64,000 nucleotides of DNA from Verrucomicrobiia bacterium (GTDB taxonomy: Bacteria; Acidobacteriota; Terriglobia; Terriglobales; Acidobacteriaceae), in the NCBI GenBank assembly GCA_035523795.1, contig DATKQB010000113.1, positions 999-64,998 of the forward strand. Reading direction: 5' to 3'. Shown one piece after another: positions 55,601 through 63,465 of this stretch (the first letter of the stretch is position 1; every line of letters starts with the position of its first letter). Under the pieces are notes generated by a model. The model searched no databases. It was not told the origin of the DNA and was given only the letters and a program-made list of their open reading frames with translations. The position numbers and the translations under genes are program-made.

Positions 55601-56950
55601 CAGGTGAAGATCCGCGGATTCCGCGTCGAGCTGGGAGAAATTGAGGCCGCGCTGGCGAAACATGCTTCCGTTCGCGAAGCGCTGGTGATCGCACGCGAGG
55701 AGGGCCTGAACAACAAGCGGCTGGTGGGATACGTGATTGCCGCGGCTGGATTTGGCCCCGATGCGAATGAACTGCGCAAGTTCCTCAAGCATCAATTGCC
55801 GGAATACATGGTGCCCTCGGACATCGTCGTAATGGAGGAATTTCCGCTAACGCCAAACGGTAAAGTGGATCGCAAGGCGTTGCCTGTGCCCGTTCCGAGC
55901 GCGATTGCAGGCGATCATGTGGCTCCAACGAATCCAACCGAGGCACAGTTGGTGGCGATGTGGGAGGAAATTCTTGCCCGCAAGCCGATCAGCGTGCGCG
56001 ACAACTTCTTTGATCTTGGGGGGCACTCGCTGCTGGCAGTGCGGCTGATGCGCCGTATTGAGCAAAGTTTCAAACGGAAGCTGCCGCTGACCACGCTATT
56101 CGAGGCGCCGACCGTCGAGCAATTCGCCGCACTGCTTCAGCAGAATGAGTGGAAGCCCTCGCAGGCGTCGTTGGTCGCGATTCAGCCGGAGGGAGATCGC
56201 GCGCCGTTCTTCTGCATCCACGGATTGGGCGGAACGGTTCTCCGCTTCAACGCGCTGGCTCGCCACATGGGAACGGATCGTCCTTTCTATGCGGTGCAGG
56301 CGCAGGGTCTCGAAGGGGACCGTGCATTTCACTCCCGCGTGGAAGAGATGGCATCGTTCTACATCAAGGAAATTCGGTCGCTGCAACCGGAAGGACCTTA
56401 TCACATCGGCGGCTATTCGCTCGGGGGCTTGATCGCGTTCGAAATGGCTCGGCAATTGCAGGCGGACGGTCAAGAAGTGGGATTACTGGCGCTGCTCGAT
56501 ACGTATCCCGGCAAACCGAAGTCGAGCAAGTTATTGCTAAAGACGCTGCTGAGACTGCCGCGGAAAGAACAAATCGACTACATCAAGCATCGCGCGAAAC
56601 GCATTCGCAAGGGAATCAGGCGGCGGATTGAAGCCCTGTTTCTTCCGCGGCCGCTCAAGCAAGTGCGCAGAGTATTTGCCGCAGCAGAAGAGAAATACAA
56701 GCCGCAGGTCTACTTCGGATCGGCGACGTGGTTCCGGGCGACCGAAAAGGGTTTACGCGGCGCGGACAATCCTACCGATGACTGGTCGAAGTGGGTGACT
56801 GGCGGCGTCGAGGTGCACGAGATTGTCGGCGATCACGGCAGCATTCTGAAAGAGCCCGACGTATGCCTACTGGCCGAAAGTCTGCGCGAATGCCTGAACC
56901 GGTCGGAAGAAGAACGCAGCGAAGCCGCACTCCAGGAACAGACAACATAA
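48365..56950 (+). CDS. cytochrome P450 fused to bimodular NRPS: P450-C-A-T-C-A-T-TE
   Basis: 2861 aa. P450 motifs: I-helix VGGQETT, EEMLRYESP, heme loop FGYAAHFCFG. C1 has HHLIFDG. A2 has YVIYTSGSTGQPKG and FAFDSS. T2 has LGGHSL. C2 has HHIASDE. A3 has YVIYTSGSTGKPKG and SFDIAIEE. T3 has LGGHSL. TE has GYSLGG. The GTG start overlaps the upstream stop by 1 nt (TAGTG). Confidence 0.93.
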   Translation: MSPDLPCNDVPSSSMSSASTPSRVERPDTALSLYHLLDPQVLANPYPLFHRLRREDPVHWDPFLHAWIVTRYNDVMEVLHTYSADRTPTPEQLSAMGLSQLNPIAQVMVKQMLFMDAPAHVRLRGLASKAFTPARVEQLRDHIREIVDRLLEGIEPKGGMDVIADFAEPLPAIVTAELMGLPTSDWRRLKAWSANFAEMLGNFQHNPEHAPVMLKTVEEMTGYFRDAVREITAHPREGLIDSLITAEIDGDRLTEEEVIANAIVTMVGGQETTTNLIGNGLLALLRNPQEMERVISDPKLIPSAVEEMLRYESPSQHTARLAPSDRELGGKSIKKRQAVIAVMAAANRDPERFADPDRFDITRSDNRHLAFGYAAHFCFGAPLARAEGQIAFERMLSRFPHIRLEPQNLVWRTNLGLRGLVSLKISFDGGKSDGKSPRPASTETVSQTLPPNSNTAGKVSSAATKNSLVEKYLSQRPQQSRITKRAQSGPAPLSFPQQQIWLHAQIAPNVPVYNEPVTIYRDGPLDLAALQKCFAEVMRRHEAWRTTFDVVNGEAVQIVNSVPDLKLPLVDLRHMPEAERDSAALKLATEDARRPFDLKKCPLLRALVVRLGDERYRIYITLHHLIFDGLSIYRVFLPELAALYAAYSRGEESPLVELPIQYADFAEWQRQYMRNGVLAKHLDYWREKLRGELPVLELPADFARPPVQTFRGAIQTLHLPKNLSDRLKAVSRAENSTFFLTLLAAFQTLLHRYSGQDDVLVGTLAGARKRSELENLLGCFQNPIVVRTDFGGNPSFRQVLGRVRESTIGALEHDELPFELVVKELRTERDLSRNPLVQVAFTLVPKGASPDAGWSAGQWDVDTGATKFDLYLEMEDGADGLTARFMYRTDLFRADTIERLKAHLNVLLEGIAADPSASVHTLPLLSERERQQLLIDWNDSRLDYPDNLCLHELVQRAAQHSPQVQAVVFGDQALTYRELDQQSDALAAVLVKTGVTPEQCVGLYFERSLEMVVAIMAVLRAGGACLPLDPAYPQERLAFMLADSKAPVVLTTSELLSRVPDSQARVICVDRTQEKCGSELARQTNPDGIAYVIYTSGSTGQPKGVRLTHRGLVNSTLARSAYYTASPKVFLLLSSFAFDSSLAGIFWTLATGGTLVLPPDQSRWDLDALPGMIRKHRVSHLLCVASLYQAILESGSQRDFESLQVAIVAGEACLPGLIAQHYDRAPQATFYNEYGPTEATVWCSVHKCERQTANAGRVPIGRPIANTKLYVLDSHMQPLPVGVSGELCVAGAQMSAGYLNHPELNEGRFVRSPFSAEEKMYRTGDRARYLADGNIEWLGRNDGQIKLRGFRIELGEIESALLSHKAVRQCVAQIRQDQTGKDQTGNARLVAYVVLEPETAVEDLREHLARRLPAHEIPSAFVVLPSIPQLPNGKVDVRRLPSPESQTESKAGPIAPRTPVEEVIAGIWEQVLKLPSVSVRDDFFALGGHSLLAAKVVSRILLALDVELTLRAIFERPTVEGLAALIESSRSEQSASASIPISRISRETDPRLSFAQQRLWFLDQLEPGNPLYNVPCAVRISGDLNVPALERSINEIIRRHEILRTRFASRAGQPVQVIAPSLNIPLPVTDLERIPLAEIRADQLAAEEARRPFNLGAGPLLRANLLRLSAQQYVLLLSIHHIASDETSREIIVRELIALYEAFSQNKPSPLPDLRMQYADYAAWQREWLQGEPLEKELAHWRLRLERAPGLLELPADRPRPAVQSFRGANETVELDAAVASRLKGLSQREATTLFMTLLAAFNVLLSRYTGQDDIVVGSPFTNRQRAEVEGLIGFFVNTVPLRTSLSGDLSFRQLLQQVKATALEAYDHRELPFEKLVESLRPERNLSYNPMFQVLFAVQNSAAVTEKVAGITLQLQDVDTGTSKFDLTCTVISHDDKFETNFEYNTDLFEPATIRRMIDSFHSILQAVVENPEMPISRLPLLNEKARQRVLAEWNATQSAYPKEKCIQELVEAQVARQPETIAVVHEGNKLTYRELNQRANQLAHYLRQQGVGPDVPVGVCLENSLDLPIALLAVLKAGGAVLALDPAYPKERLQLMLEDSGAPLLLSREGLLPELAGGSTKRLCLLSITEFVERESRENPARITTPQSLAYVIYTSGSTGKPKGVMLTHGGLVNYICAAIQLYDLRSSDRFLQFSSISFDIAIEEIFPTWSAGATLVLRSGHFSLAGSDFLRFARQQKLTVISVATAYWHELVHELSESGAELPDSLRLVIVGGEKAQIQALETWRKAAGDRVRWINTYGPTETCVIASSYEPSASGSLPSPLPIGRPVSNVKIHILDRNLQPVPVGIPGELHIGGPGVARGYLNHPELTAEKFIRDPFSTNPNARLYKTGDLARYLENGEIEFVGRRDFQVKIRGFRVELGEIEAALAKHASVREALVIAREEGLNNKRLVGYVIAAAGFGPDANELRKFLKHQLPEYMVPSDIVVMEEFPLTPNGKVDRKALPVPVPSAIAGDHVAPTNPTEAQLVAMWEEILARKPISVRDNFFDLGGHSLLAVRLMRRIEQSFKRKLPLTTLFEAPTVEQFAALLQQNEWKPSQASLVAIQPEGDRAPFFCIHGLGGTVLRFNALARHMGTDRPFYAVQAQGLEGDRAFHSRVEEMASFYIKEIRSLQPEGPYHIGGYSLGGLIAFEMARQLQADGQEVGLLALLDTYPGKPKSSKLLLKTLLRLPRKEQIDYIKHRAKRIRKGIRRRIEALFLPRPLKQVRRVFAAAEEKYKPQVYFGSATWFRATEKGLRGADNPTDDWSKWVTGGVEVHEIVGDHGSILKEPDVCLLAESLRECLNRSEEERSEAALQEQTT

Positions 56951-56973
56951 CCCGTCCTCAACTGCCCTCAAGG

Positions 56974-58404
56974 ATGATGAAGCCTTTGCCAGAAGAATCG
57001 AACACGAACGTCGCCCTATTGCCGGAACGGCCTCCGGAAGCCGCGTCGGAGGAGAAGTCTGCCAAGCTGCAGAAGATGATGCGCTGGGGCACGAAGGGTA
57101 GCCTTGCCATCCTGGAATACGGGTTGATCGCGGGCTCGAATTTTATCCTCGGCTTCCTGCTAGCTCGCTGGATGACTCCCGAACAATACGGAGCGTATGG
57201 ACTCGGCTTCAGCATTTTCCTGCTGCTTTCTTTTTTGTATCAGGCGCTGCTGCTCGAGCCGATGTCGGTTTATGGCGGCTCGACCTTCCGCGAGAATCTG
57301 CGCGGATACATGAAGACATCGCTCAAGATGCATCACGCGATTTCGGCGGTGATCTTCGTGGTTTTCGCGATTGCCGCCGCCGTGACGTACGGAATTGGCA
57401 GGTCGACCATCGATTTGCATCGTCAGCAGGAGTTGTTTGCGCTGGCGGGCGCGCTGGCTGGTTTGACGATTGCCGCGCCCTGCATTTTTCTGTTCTGGTT
57501 TGGACGACGCGGGTTCTATCTCAAGATTTCTCCGGGTCCTGCAGCGCTGGGAGCGGTGTTGTACTTCATTCTGGTGGTCGGTGGAGTCTTCGCCGTCAAC
57601 CGCCTGCACGTGCTGTCATCTTTTTCTGCATTCTTGCTGATGGGGCTGGCGGCGCTGGCATGCGGTATCGCTTTGATGATCGCGCTGAAATACGCGCTCG
57701 ATCCGGGCAGTGGAATCCCGGAATTGCGTCCCACGTGGAGCAAGCACTGGACGTACGGCCGCTGGGCGCTAGCCAGCTCGATCGTGGGATGGATTCCCAC
57801 TTATCTTTACTTTTCCATCGTCAGCATTTTTGCGGGTATGGCGCATGCCGGCGAGTTGCGCGCTTTGATGAACCTGGCGGGGCCAGTCCTGCAGACGTAT
57901 GCCGCGTTGTCGATGCTGTTTCTGCCTTATGCTTCGCGCGTGCAAAGCCAGGAAGGGAATCGCGGAACCTACGCATTAACGTGGAAGATGACGGCGCTGT
58001 TCACTGTAGGAGCGGTCGTCTATTGGGCCGCGGTGATTCCGTTCCGTGGGCAGATTCTGCATCTCCTCTATGCGAACAACTACTCGAATGTCGGCGTATA
58101 TCTGCCGTTTTTTGCGCTGGAAACGATTGTCTGGTCGGCGAGCGTCGGGGCATCGATCGTGCTGCGGGCGATGGAGTCGCCGCGATCAATCTTCTTCGCA
58201 AACTGCGCGGCCAGCGTTATCACGCTGGTGGTCGGAATTCCGGCCACGAAGTTATTCGGACTGTGGGGAGTCGTGTGGAGCATCATTCTTGCCAATACGG
58301 CGGCATTGGTGATGGTCATCATACTTCTGCGGCGAAAGGCCGCAGAGCCCAGCACCTCCACTCTGGAATTCACAACTCCGTTGCCCTTGGAAGATCAGAT
58401 TTAA
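56974..58404 (+). CDS. Wzx-like (MOP superfamily) oligosaccharide flippase
   Basis: About 477 aa with about 12 predicted hydrophobic helices. Its position and composition are typical of polysaccharide biosynthesis flippases. ATG 56974 is 24 nt after the NRPS stop; the track ORF start at 56791 lies inside the NRPS gene. Confidence 0.7.
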   Translation: MMKPLPEESNTNVALLPERPPEAASEEKSAKLQKMMRWGTKGSLAILEYGLIAGSNFILGFLLARWMTPEQYGAYGLGFSIFLLLSFLYQALLLEPMSVYGGSTFRENLRGYMKTSLKMHHAISAVIFVVFAIAAAVTYGIGRSTIDLHRQQELFALAGALAGLTIAAPCIFLFWFGRRGFYLKISPGPAALGAVLYFILVVGGVFAVNRLHVLSSFSAFLLMGLAALACGIALMIALKYALDPGSGIPELRPTWSKHWTYGRWALASSIVGWIPTYLYFSIVSIFAGMAHAGELRALMNLAGPVLQTYAALSMLFLPYASRVQSQEGNRGTYALTWKMTALFTVGAVVYWAAVIPFRGQILHLLYANNYSNVGVYLPFFALETIVWSASVGASIVLRAMESPRSIFFANCAASVITLVVGIPATKLFGLWGVVWSIILANTAALVMVIILLRRKAAEPSTSTLEFTTPLPLEDQI

Positions 58405-58532
58405 TGTAAGTCCCCCTTGCTTGCACCGATCAGGAGCAGGCGCTCCAGAAACCTTCACCATCAACGTAACAACGAAATCGGCAGTCGTGAGAGCCCCCAT
58501 CTCGATGTCGAAACAGAAAAGGGAGATGTCAG

Positions 58533-60047
58533 ATGAGGACCCAAACAATTCGTGCCTGGATTCTGTGTGGTTCATTGCTGTTTCTTGCTAGTCTCGGGTA
58601 CGCCGAAAATAACGGAAAGCCTGTGGTTGTCGCCTCTAAGCATGCAGTCTCGGCTCGCCTGAGCGATTTGGCGGGATCGAGTTTCAATGCTGCGGAACAT
58701 GAGCTTTCGACCCTACATCCTGCAGCAACGACTGCCGGATTGAATTTCGACGGTACGAAAGGCACGGGATACAACTATTCAGATGTGACCGGCGCAGTGG
58801 GCGCTACGCAGTACGTGCAAGTCACAAATTTGAGGTACACAATCTTCAACAAGACGACTGGTGCCAAGATTCTTGGTCCGGTCAATGAAAATGCGCTGTG
58901 GAGCACGTTCGGCGGTCCGTGCCAGACCAGCAATAACGGCGACGGCACGGTGATGTACGACGCGGCGGCGAATGTCTGGGTATTCCAGCACCACGCGGAA
59001 CCGGCGGGCGGTCCGTATATGGATTGCATCGCCGTTTCTCAGACCTCTGATGCAACCGGCGCGTACTATCTCTACGGTTTTGAGCTGACGGTGAACCTGC
59101 CCGATCAGCCGAAGCTGGCAATCTGGCCGGATGCATATTACATCGGACAAAACCTGCTGAATCCCACTACGAAAGGGTTTCTGGGATCACAAGCCTGCGC
59201 GTTGGACCGCACGAACATGCTATTAGGCAATGCCGCGAATGCCATCTGTTTTCAGGGAAGCATCAGCTTGCCGACCATTTTGCCCGTAACCTGGGTTGGA
59301 CCGACGCCGCCTCCGGCAGGAGCCGAAGCGTACTACTTCGAGCTCGATCAGCGACCGGGAGTGGGTCAGAACACGATGAACGAATTCCTGTTCCACGTGG
59401 ACTTCGTGACTCCGAGTAACTCGACCTATACGTTTGCCCAGTCATTCACGTTGCCGGCCTATAAAGATGCTTGCCCGACGGCGTGCGTTCCGCAGCTGGA
59501 TACAACCAACCTGATCAAGGCGACGGGTGATCGCTTGATGGCGCCGTTGGTTTATCGCAATTTCGGCGACCATGAGTCGATTTTGCTGACCCATAGTGTT
59601 TCGACCGGAAAGACGATGACTGCGCCGTCGGGAATCCGGTGGTATGAATTGCGCACGCCGCTTACGCCGGTAATCTATCAGTACGGCACGTTCGCACCCG
59701 ACATTAACTATCGTTGGGTGCCAAGCATGGGCATGGATCAGATGGGCGACATTGCCGTGGGATACAGCGTCTCCAGTGCGACCATGCATCCGTCGATCAG
59801 CTATACGGGGTGGCAGACGAGCGTCGATCCACTTGGCCAGATGGAATCCGAAACCAGCGTGATGGCCGGTTTGGGATCGCAGCAGGCGTCAAACACAACC
59901 TGGTCGAATTACAGCGGCATGTCGATCGATCCGACCGACGATTGCACGTTCTGGTATACGAACCAGTACTACGCGGCGGACTCGACTAACAGGTGGAACA
60001 CACGGATTGTGTCGTTCTCCTTCCCGTCGTGCTCGGGAAGCAATTAA
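58533..60047 (+). CDS. secreted protein, paralog of the N-terminal domain of the 26257-29484 protein
   Basis: Signal peptide (ILCGSLLFLASLGYA). Collinear similarity to the larger protein: GATQY.Q..N....IFNKTTG, NVWV, CIAVS.TSDATG, WPDAYY, GDR, RWYE, MDQMGDIAVGYSVSS, SGMSIDP.DDCTFWYT, WNTRI.SFSFPSC. Confidence 0.8.
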   Translation: MRTQTIRAWILCGSLLFLASLGYAENNGKPVVVASKHAVSARLSDLAGSSFNAAEHELSTLHPAATTAGLNFDGTKGTGYNYSDVTGAVGATQYVQVTNLRYTIFNKTTGAKILGPVNENALWSTFGGPCQTSNNGDGTVMYDAAANVWVFQHHAEPAGGPYMDCIAVSQTSDATGAYYLYGFELTVNLPDQPKLAIWPDAYYIGQNLLNPTTKGFLGSQACALDRTNMLLGNAANAICFQGSISLPTILPVTWVGPTPPPAGAEAYYFELDQRPGVGQNTMNEFLFHVDFVTPSNSTYTFAQSFTLPAYKDACPTACVPQLDTTNLIKATGDRLMAPLVYRNFGDHESILLTHSVSTGKTMTAPSGIRWYELRTPLTPVIYQYGTFAPDINYRWVPSMGMDQMGDIAVGYSVSSATMHPSISYTGWQTSVDPLGQMESETSVMAGLGSQQASNTTWSNYSGMSIDPTDDCTFWYTNQYYAADSTNRWNTRIVSFSFPSCSGSN

Positions 60048-60054
60048 GGGGTAG

Positions 60055-60087
60055 GCGGGATCTCGTGAGAGGTCCCGCTTCTTTCTG
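60055..60087 (+). terminator. Rho-independent terminator
   Basis: GCGGGATCTC-GTGA-GAGGTCCCGC, a 10-bp stem with one G-U pair, followed by ttctttctg. It begins 8 nt after the stop at 60047. Confidence 0.7.
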
Positions 60088-60104
60088 ATTCAGCGAGATC
60101 ATCT

Positions 60105-60926
60105 ATGCCGATACTTCGAAAATTGCGTCATCAAGTCGCGAAGACAGGAGTTCGTGCCCCGTTAGTTTGGGTACGTCACAAGAGCCTTCGCGCGGACGAT
60201 GTTTTCTTTGCGTCCTACCCGCGCTCGGGCAGCACCTGGCTGCGATTTGTGCTGTTTGAATCGATTGCCGGGCAGGCGTCGGGCTTTGGCAATGTCAATG
60301 AGTCCATTCCGGATGTGAAAGAGCACAAGACCGGATTGCCGCTGATGCCGAACGGCGGGCGTCTGATTAAGACGCATGAGGTCTACCATCCCGAATACAA
60401 GCGGGCGGTTTACCTGGTACGCGATCCGCGCGACGTGGCTCTCTCGGAATACGCGTATCAGACTGCGTTGGGATTGGTAAACATGCCGCTCGACGAGTAT
60501 CTGCGTGTGTTTCTGACGAAGGGGGTGAATCCCTTTGCCTCGTGGTCGGAGCATGTGCAATCGTGGATTTCATCTCCGCTTTCGCAGGAAAATCTGCTGA
60601 TTGTTAAGTTCGAAGACCTGCGCCGGGATACGGTGCAGGGCGTTTCGGCGATCGTCCGCTTCTTCGGGCTTACTCCGGACGAAGAGCACATTCGCGCGGC
60701 GGTAGCCAACAATTCGGTCGAACGTATGAAGGCCAAAGAGAAAGAAACACCGCAGCGGGCTTCCAAGAAGGGGCAGTTTATCCGCAGCGGATCGGTGGGC
60801 GGGTGGCGCAAACAGCTGACCGAAGGACAAGTGAAAATTGTCCGCAATCACGCCTCGGCTCTGCTGACGCGTTTGCAATATCCCTTGGAAGCGGAAATGC
60901 AAGAGCCGGCATTAGCGGCGCAATAG
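60105..60926 (+). CDS. PAPS-dependent sulfotransferase
   Basis: 5'-PSB motif YPRSGSTWLRF and 3'-PB motif VYLVRDPRDVALS. Confidence 0.85.
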   Translation: MPILRKLRHQVAKTGVRAPLVWVRHKSLRADDVFFASYPRSGSTWLRFVLFESIAGQASGFGNVNESIPDVKEHKTGLPLMPNGGRLIKTHEVYHPEYKRAVYLVRDPRDVALSEYAYQTALGLVNMPLDEYLRVFLTKGVNPFASWSEHVQSWISSPLSQENLLIVKFEDLRRDTVQGVSAIVRFFGLTPDEEHIRAAVANNSVERMKAKEKETPQRASKKGQFIRSGSVGGWRKQLTEGQVKIVRNHASALLTRLQYPLEAEMQEPALAAQ

Positions 60927-60946
60927 CTTCGATCTTGAAGGCGTTC

Positions 60947-62473
60947 ATGGCCACAGGCACAAAACCCGTGTTCAATCCAGAACCGGTGCGGTCCGCTCCG
61001 AGCCGCGCGGTTACGCTGCTGAAGTGTTTGCCATTCCTCTTTGTGGGTGTGTTCGGCAGCATTACGGGCGGCTGGCTGGTGATCGACAAGGGCGTCAATC
61101 TCGGGCTGGTGTCGGTGGCTCTGATTGTTATGTTGCCGGCGACTTGGGGGGCGTGGATCGGACTTAAAGAAGTCTGGCGCGTGCTGGTCCAGTTCTGGCC
61201 GCAAGTGAAATGGTGGCATTGGGTCTGGTTTCTGAGTCTGAGCAGTTCGTTTGTATTTCGCTACCGCAGCGCCTCAGAAATCTCACAAAGTCCCGTCGAT
61301 TCGACGGCAGCCTTGCGACTCGGGCCGGAAGTGATCGTGGCTTGCATTCTGATATTGCGGCTGATCTTCCGCAAACCCGATTGGGGGCCATCGATGACCC
61401 GGGGCATCGTCGGCATGATGACGATCTTCGGCACGGTTTGCCTGCTGTCCTCGTTGTGGTCGGTGAAGTTTTCCTGGACGATGTACAAGTCGCTCGAGTA
61501 CCTTCTCGACCTTTCGATCATCGCGGTGGTGCTCGCGGTGGTGCGAACCGCGGAGGAATACAAGTCGTTCATCGACTGGACGTGGGTGATTGCAGGCATA
61601 ACGACGGCATGGGTATGGGTCGGAGTGCCAATCTGGTTTGAACAAAGCTGGGCCGAAGAGAGCCGGCTGGCGGGAGCTTATCCCATTGTGTCGTCGAACG
61701 AGTTGGGCGACACCGGAGCGATTCTGATACTGGTGGCGGCCATTCGATATTGGCCTCTGATAGGAAAGAGCAAGAACAAGGCGTTCTACGTACTGACCGC
61801 GCTGCTAGGGGCCGCGACCATGATCGCCGCGCAAACGCGTAGCGCCTTTGGTGGCCTGGTTATCGCGGTATTGGTGGTGCTTTATTTTGCAGGACGAACC
61901 CGATATGCGATCTGGGGATCGATTGTGGCCGTGCCGGCGATCATTTTCACCTCGATCGGACCGGCGATTTTAAGTTACCTGCAACGTGATCAGAGCACGG
62001 AAGAACTGACCTCGATGTCCAGCCGTTTGGACTGGTGGTCCATCGGCTACAAGATGTTCATGACGCATCCCTTCACCGGCTTGGGAGCGTATGCTGGCAG
62101 CCGCTTCGCAGTGCTGGCGAATATTGGAGCTCCGCAGTTGCACAGCGATTGGCTGGAAGTGATCGTGGGAACAAGTATCTGGGGCTTGACTCCATTTCTG
62201 ATTTCACTGATCTGGATTTGGGCCATTTTGATTCGCTACTACCGCAGCCACTGGCTCAGCGCTGAAGATCGCCAACTCACGCTCGAAATGATTGGCGTGA
62301 TGACCGTCATCACCATTCACTCATTCGTAAACGTGGAGATGACCTGGCACCATCCCACGCTGTTCCTGATGGTGCTTGGCTGGGCGGAATTTATGCGGAG
62401 GCGAATGAAAGCGCGATCGCCTGGGCCAGCCCAGCTCTATCAAACGCCTGCTTTGGCCGGGCAATCTAGATAA
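60947..62473 (+). CDS. O-antigen ligase/polymerase family (Wzy_C) membrane protein
   Basis: Multi-TM protein with a loop region ...AAQTRSAFGGLVIAVLVVL... and ...HPFTGLGAYAGSRF...PQLHSDWLEV typical of the Wzy_C domain. ATG 60947 follows the sulfotransferase stop; the track start at 60803 overlaps that gene. Confidence 0.75.
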   Translation: MATGTKPVFNPEPVRSAPSRAVTLLKCLPFLFVGVFGSITGGWLVIDKGVNLGLVSVALIVMLPATWGAWIGLKEVWRVLVQFWPQVKWWHWVWFLSLSSSFVFRYRSASEISQSPVDSTAALRLGPEVIVACILILRLIFRKPDWGPSMTRGIVGMMTIFGTVCLLSSLWSVKFSWTMYKSLEYLLDLSIIAVVLAVVRTAEEYKSFIDWTWVIAGITTAWVWVGVPIWFEQSWAEESRLAGAYPIVSSNELGDTGAILILVAAIRYWPLIGKSKNKAFYVLTALLGAATMIAAQTRSAFGGLVIAVLVVLYFAGRTRYAIWGSIVAVPAIIFTSIGPAILSYLQRDQSTEELTSMSSRLDWWSIGYKMFMTHPFTGLGAYAGSRFAVLANIGAPQLHSDWLEVIVGTSIWGLTPFLISLIWIWAILIRYYRSHWLSAEDRQLTLEMIGVMTVITIHSFVNVEMTWHHPTLFLMVLGWAEFMRRRMKARSPGPAQLYQTPALAGQSR

Positions 62474-62497
62474 TCACCTTTTATTTTCGGGGATCTT

Positions 62498-63301
62498 ATG
62501 CAAGCAGCAACCATGCAGTTGGCAAGGGAGGCGCACCGGGTGGACGCGCCGACCTTCAAAGTTCTGGGCGTGCGGGTGGATGCGGTGCAGATTCCGGATG
62601 CGATTCGTGTGCTCGAGCGCTGGATTGCGGAGCGCGATGGATCGCGCTACGTGGCCGTCACCGGGATGCACGGTGTTTCGGAATCGCTGGTCGACAAGCC
62701 TTTTCGCGCCATGCTGGATGCGGCTTCGATGGTCGTTTCCGACGGCATGCCGCTGGTTTGGCTGGGCCGCTGGCATGGCTACAAGCGTATGCAGCGCCGC
62801 GTCTATGGGCCTGAATTGATGGAAACCTTTTGCCGCGAGACTGGCAACCGCTATCGCCACTTTTTTTACGGCGGAGCGGAAGGCGTTCCCGAATTGCTGG
62901 CGAAGGTGATGCACGAGAAATATGGGGTCAAGGTTGCTGGATGTTATTCGCCTCCTTTTCGCCCCCTGAGCGCCGAAGAGGATAAGGCCGTCATTGACAT
63001 GATCGAGGCCTCGCGCGCCGACGTTTTATGGATAGGTCTTAGCACTCCCAAGCAGGAGAAGTGGATGTATGAGCACTGTCCGAAACTCACTGTCCCTGCA
63101 GTACTTGGCGTGGGTGCGGCGTTCGATCTTAATACCGGTCGCTTGACCCAGGCTCCGCGCTGGATGAGGGAAAACGGCCTGGAATGGGCGTTCCGGCTCT
63201 ATGCCGAGCCTAAACGGCTATGGCGCCGTTACCTCGTCAATGGCCCTATCTTCCTATGGAATGTGGGTCTGGAATTGCTTAATCTAAGGAAGTTCAATTG
63301 A
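62498..63301 (+). CDS. WecB/TagA/CpsF family glycosyltransferase (GT26)
   Basis: VLGVRVDAV...AVTGMHGV...MVVSDGMPLVWL...FFYGGAEGV...LWIGLSTPKQEKWM. Confidence 0.88.
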   Translation: MQAATMQLAREAHRVDAPTFKVLGVRVDAVQIPDAIRVLERWIAERDGSRYVAVTGMHGVSESLVDKPFRAMLDAASMVVSDGMPLVWLGRWHGYKRMQRRVYGPELMETFCRETGNRYRHFFYGGAEGVPELLAKVMHEKYGVKVAGCYSPPFRPLSAEEDKAVIDMIEASRADVLWIGLSTPKQEKWMYEHCPKLTVPAVLGVGAAFDLNTGRLTQAPRWMRENGLEWAFRLYAEPKRLWRRYLVNGPIFLWNVGLELLNLRKFN

Positions 63302-63465
63302 TCTGCGGACCACTTTTTCGCGGCCCGGTTTTCTTCTTGTAGGGCAAAGAGTTCGTGCTAGAATTTCAAGCAATTAGTTAAAAAAGCCGCGTCGTTACTT
63401 TACCCGCCCCCATAGGACTTAGAAATCTGAACATTTCAAACCGAAGGTGAAAGGGGTCTATCTCA

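Noticed and set aside
56791-56973. 5' extensions of track ORFs into upstream genes. These are 56791 for wzx, 60803 for the wzy-like gene, 46488 for the A-T gene, 10488 for gtrA, 41491 for the SxtK-like gene and 41868 for the SGNH gene.
   Set aside because: The extensions overlap well-supported upstream coding regions or hairpin repeats in another frame. Internal ATG/GTG starts just after the upstream stop, several with Shine-Dalgarno-like sequences, are more plausible.
26140-60047. Looked for PEP-CTERM/exosortase sorting signals and an exosortase gene, because the export module resembles PEP-CTERM loci
   Set aside because: Neither secreted protein ends with a PEP motif plus TM plus basic tail. 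No exosortase-like multi-TM ORF is present. The link to exosortase systems therefore stays unsupported within this window.
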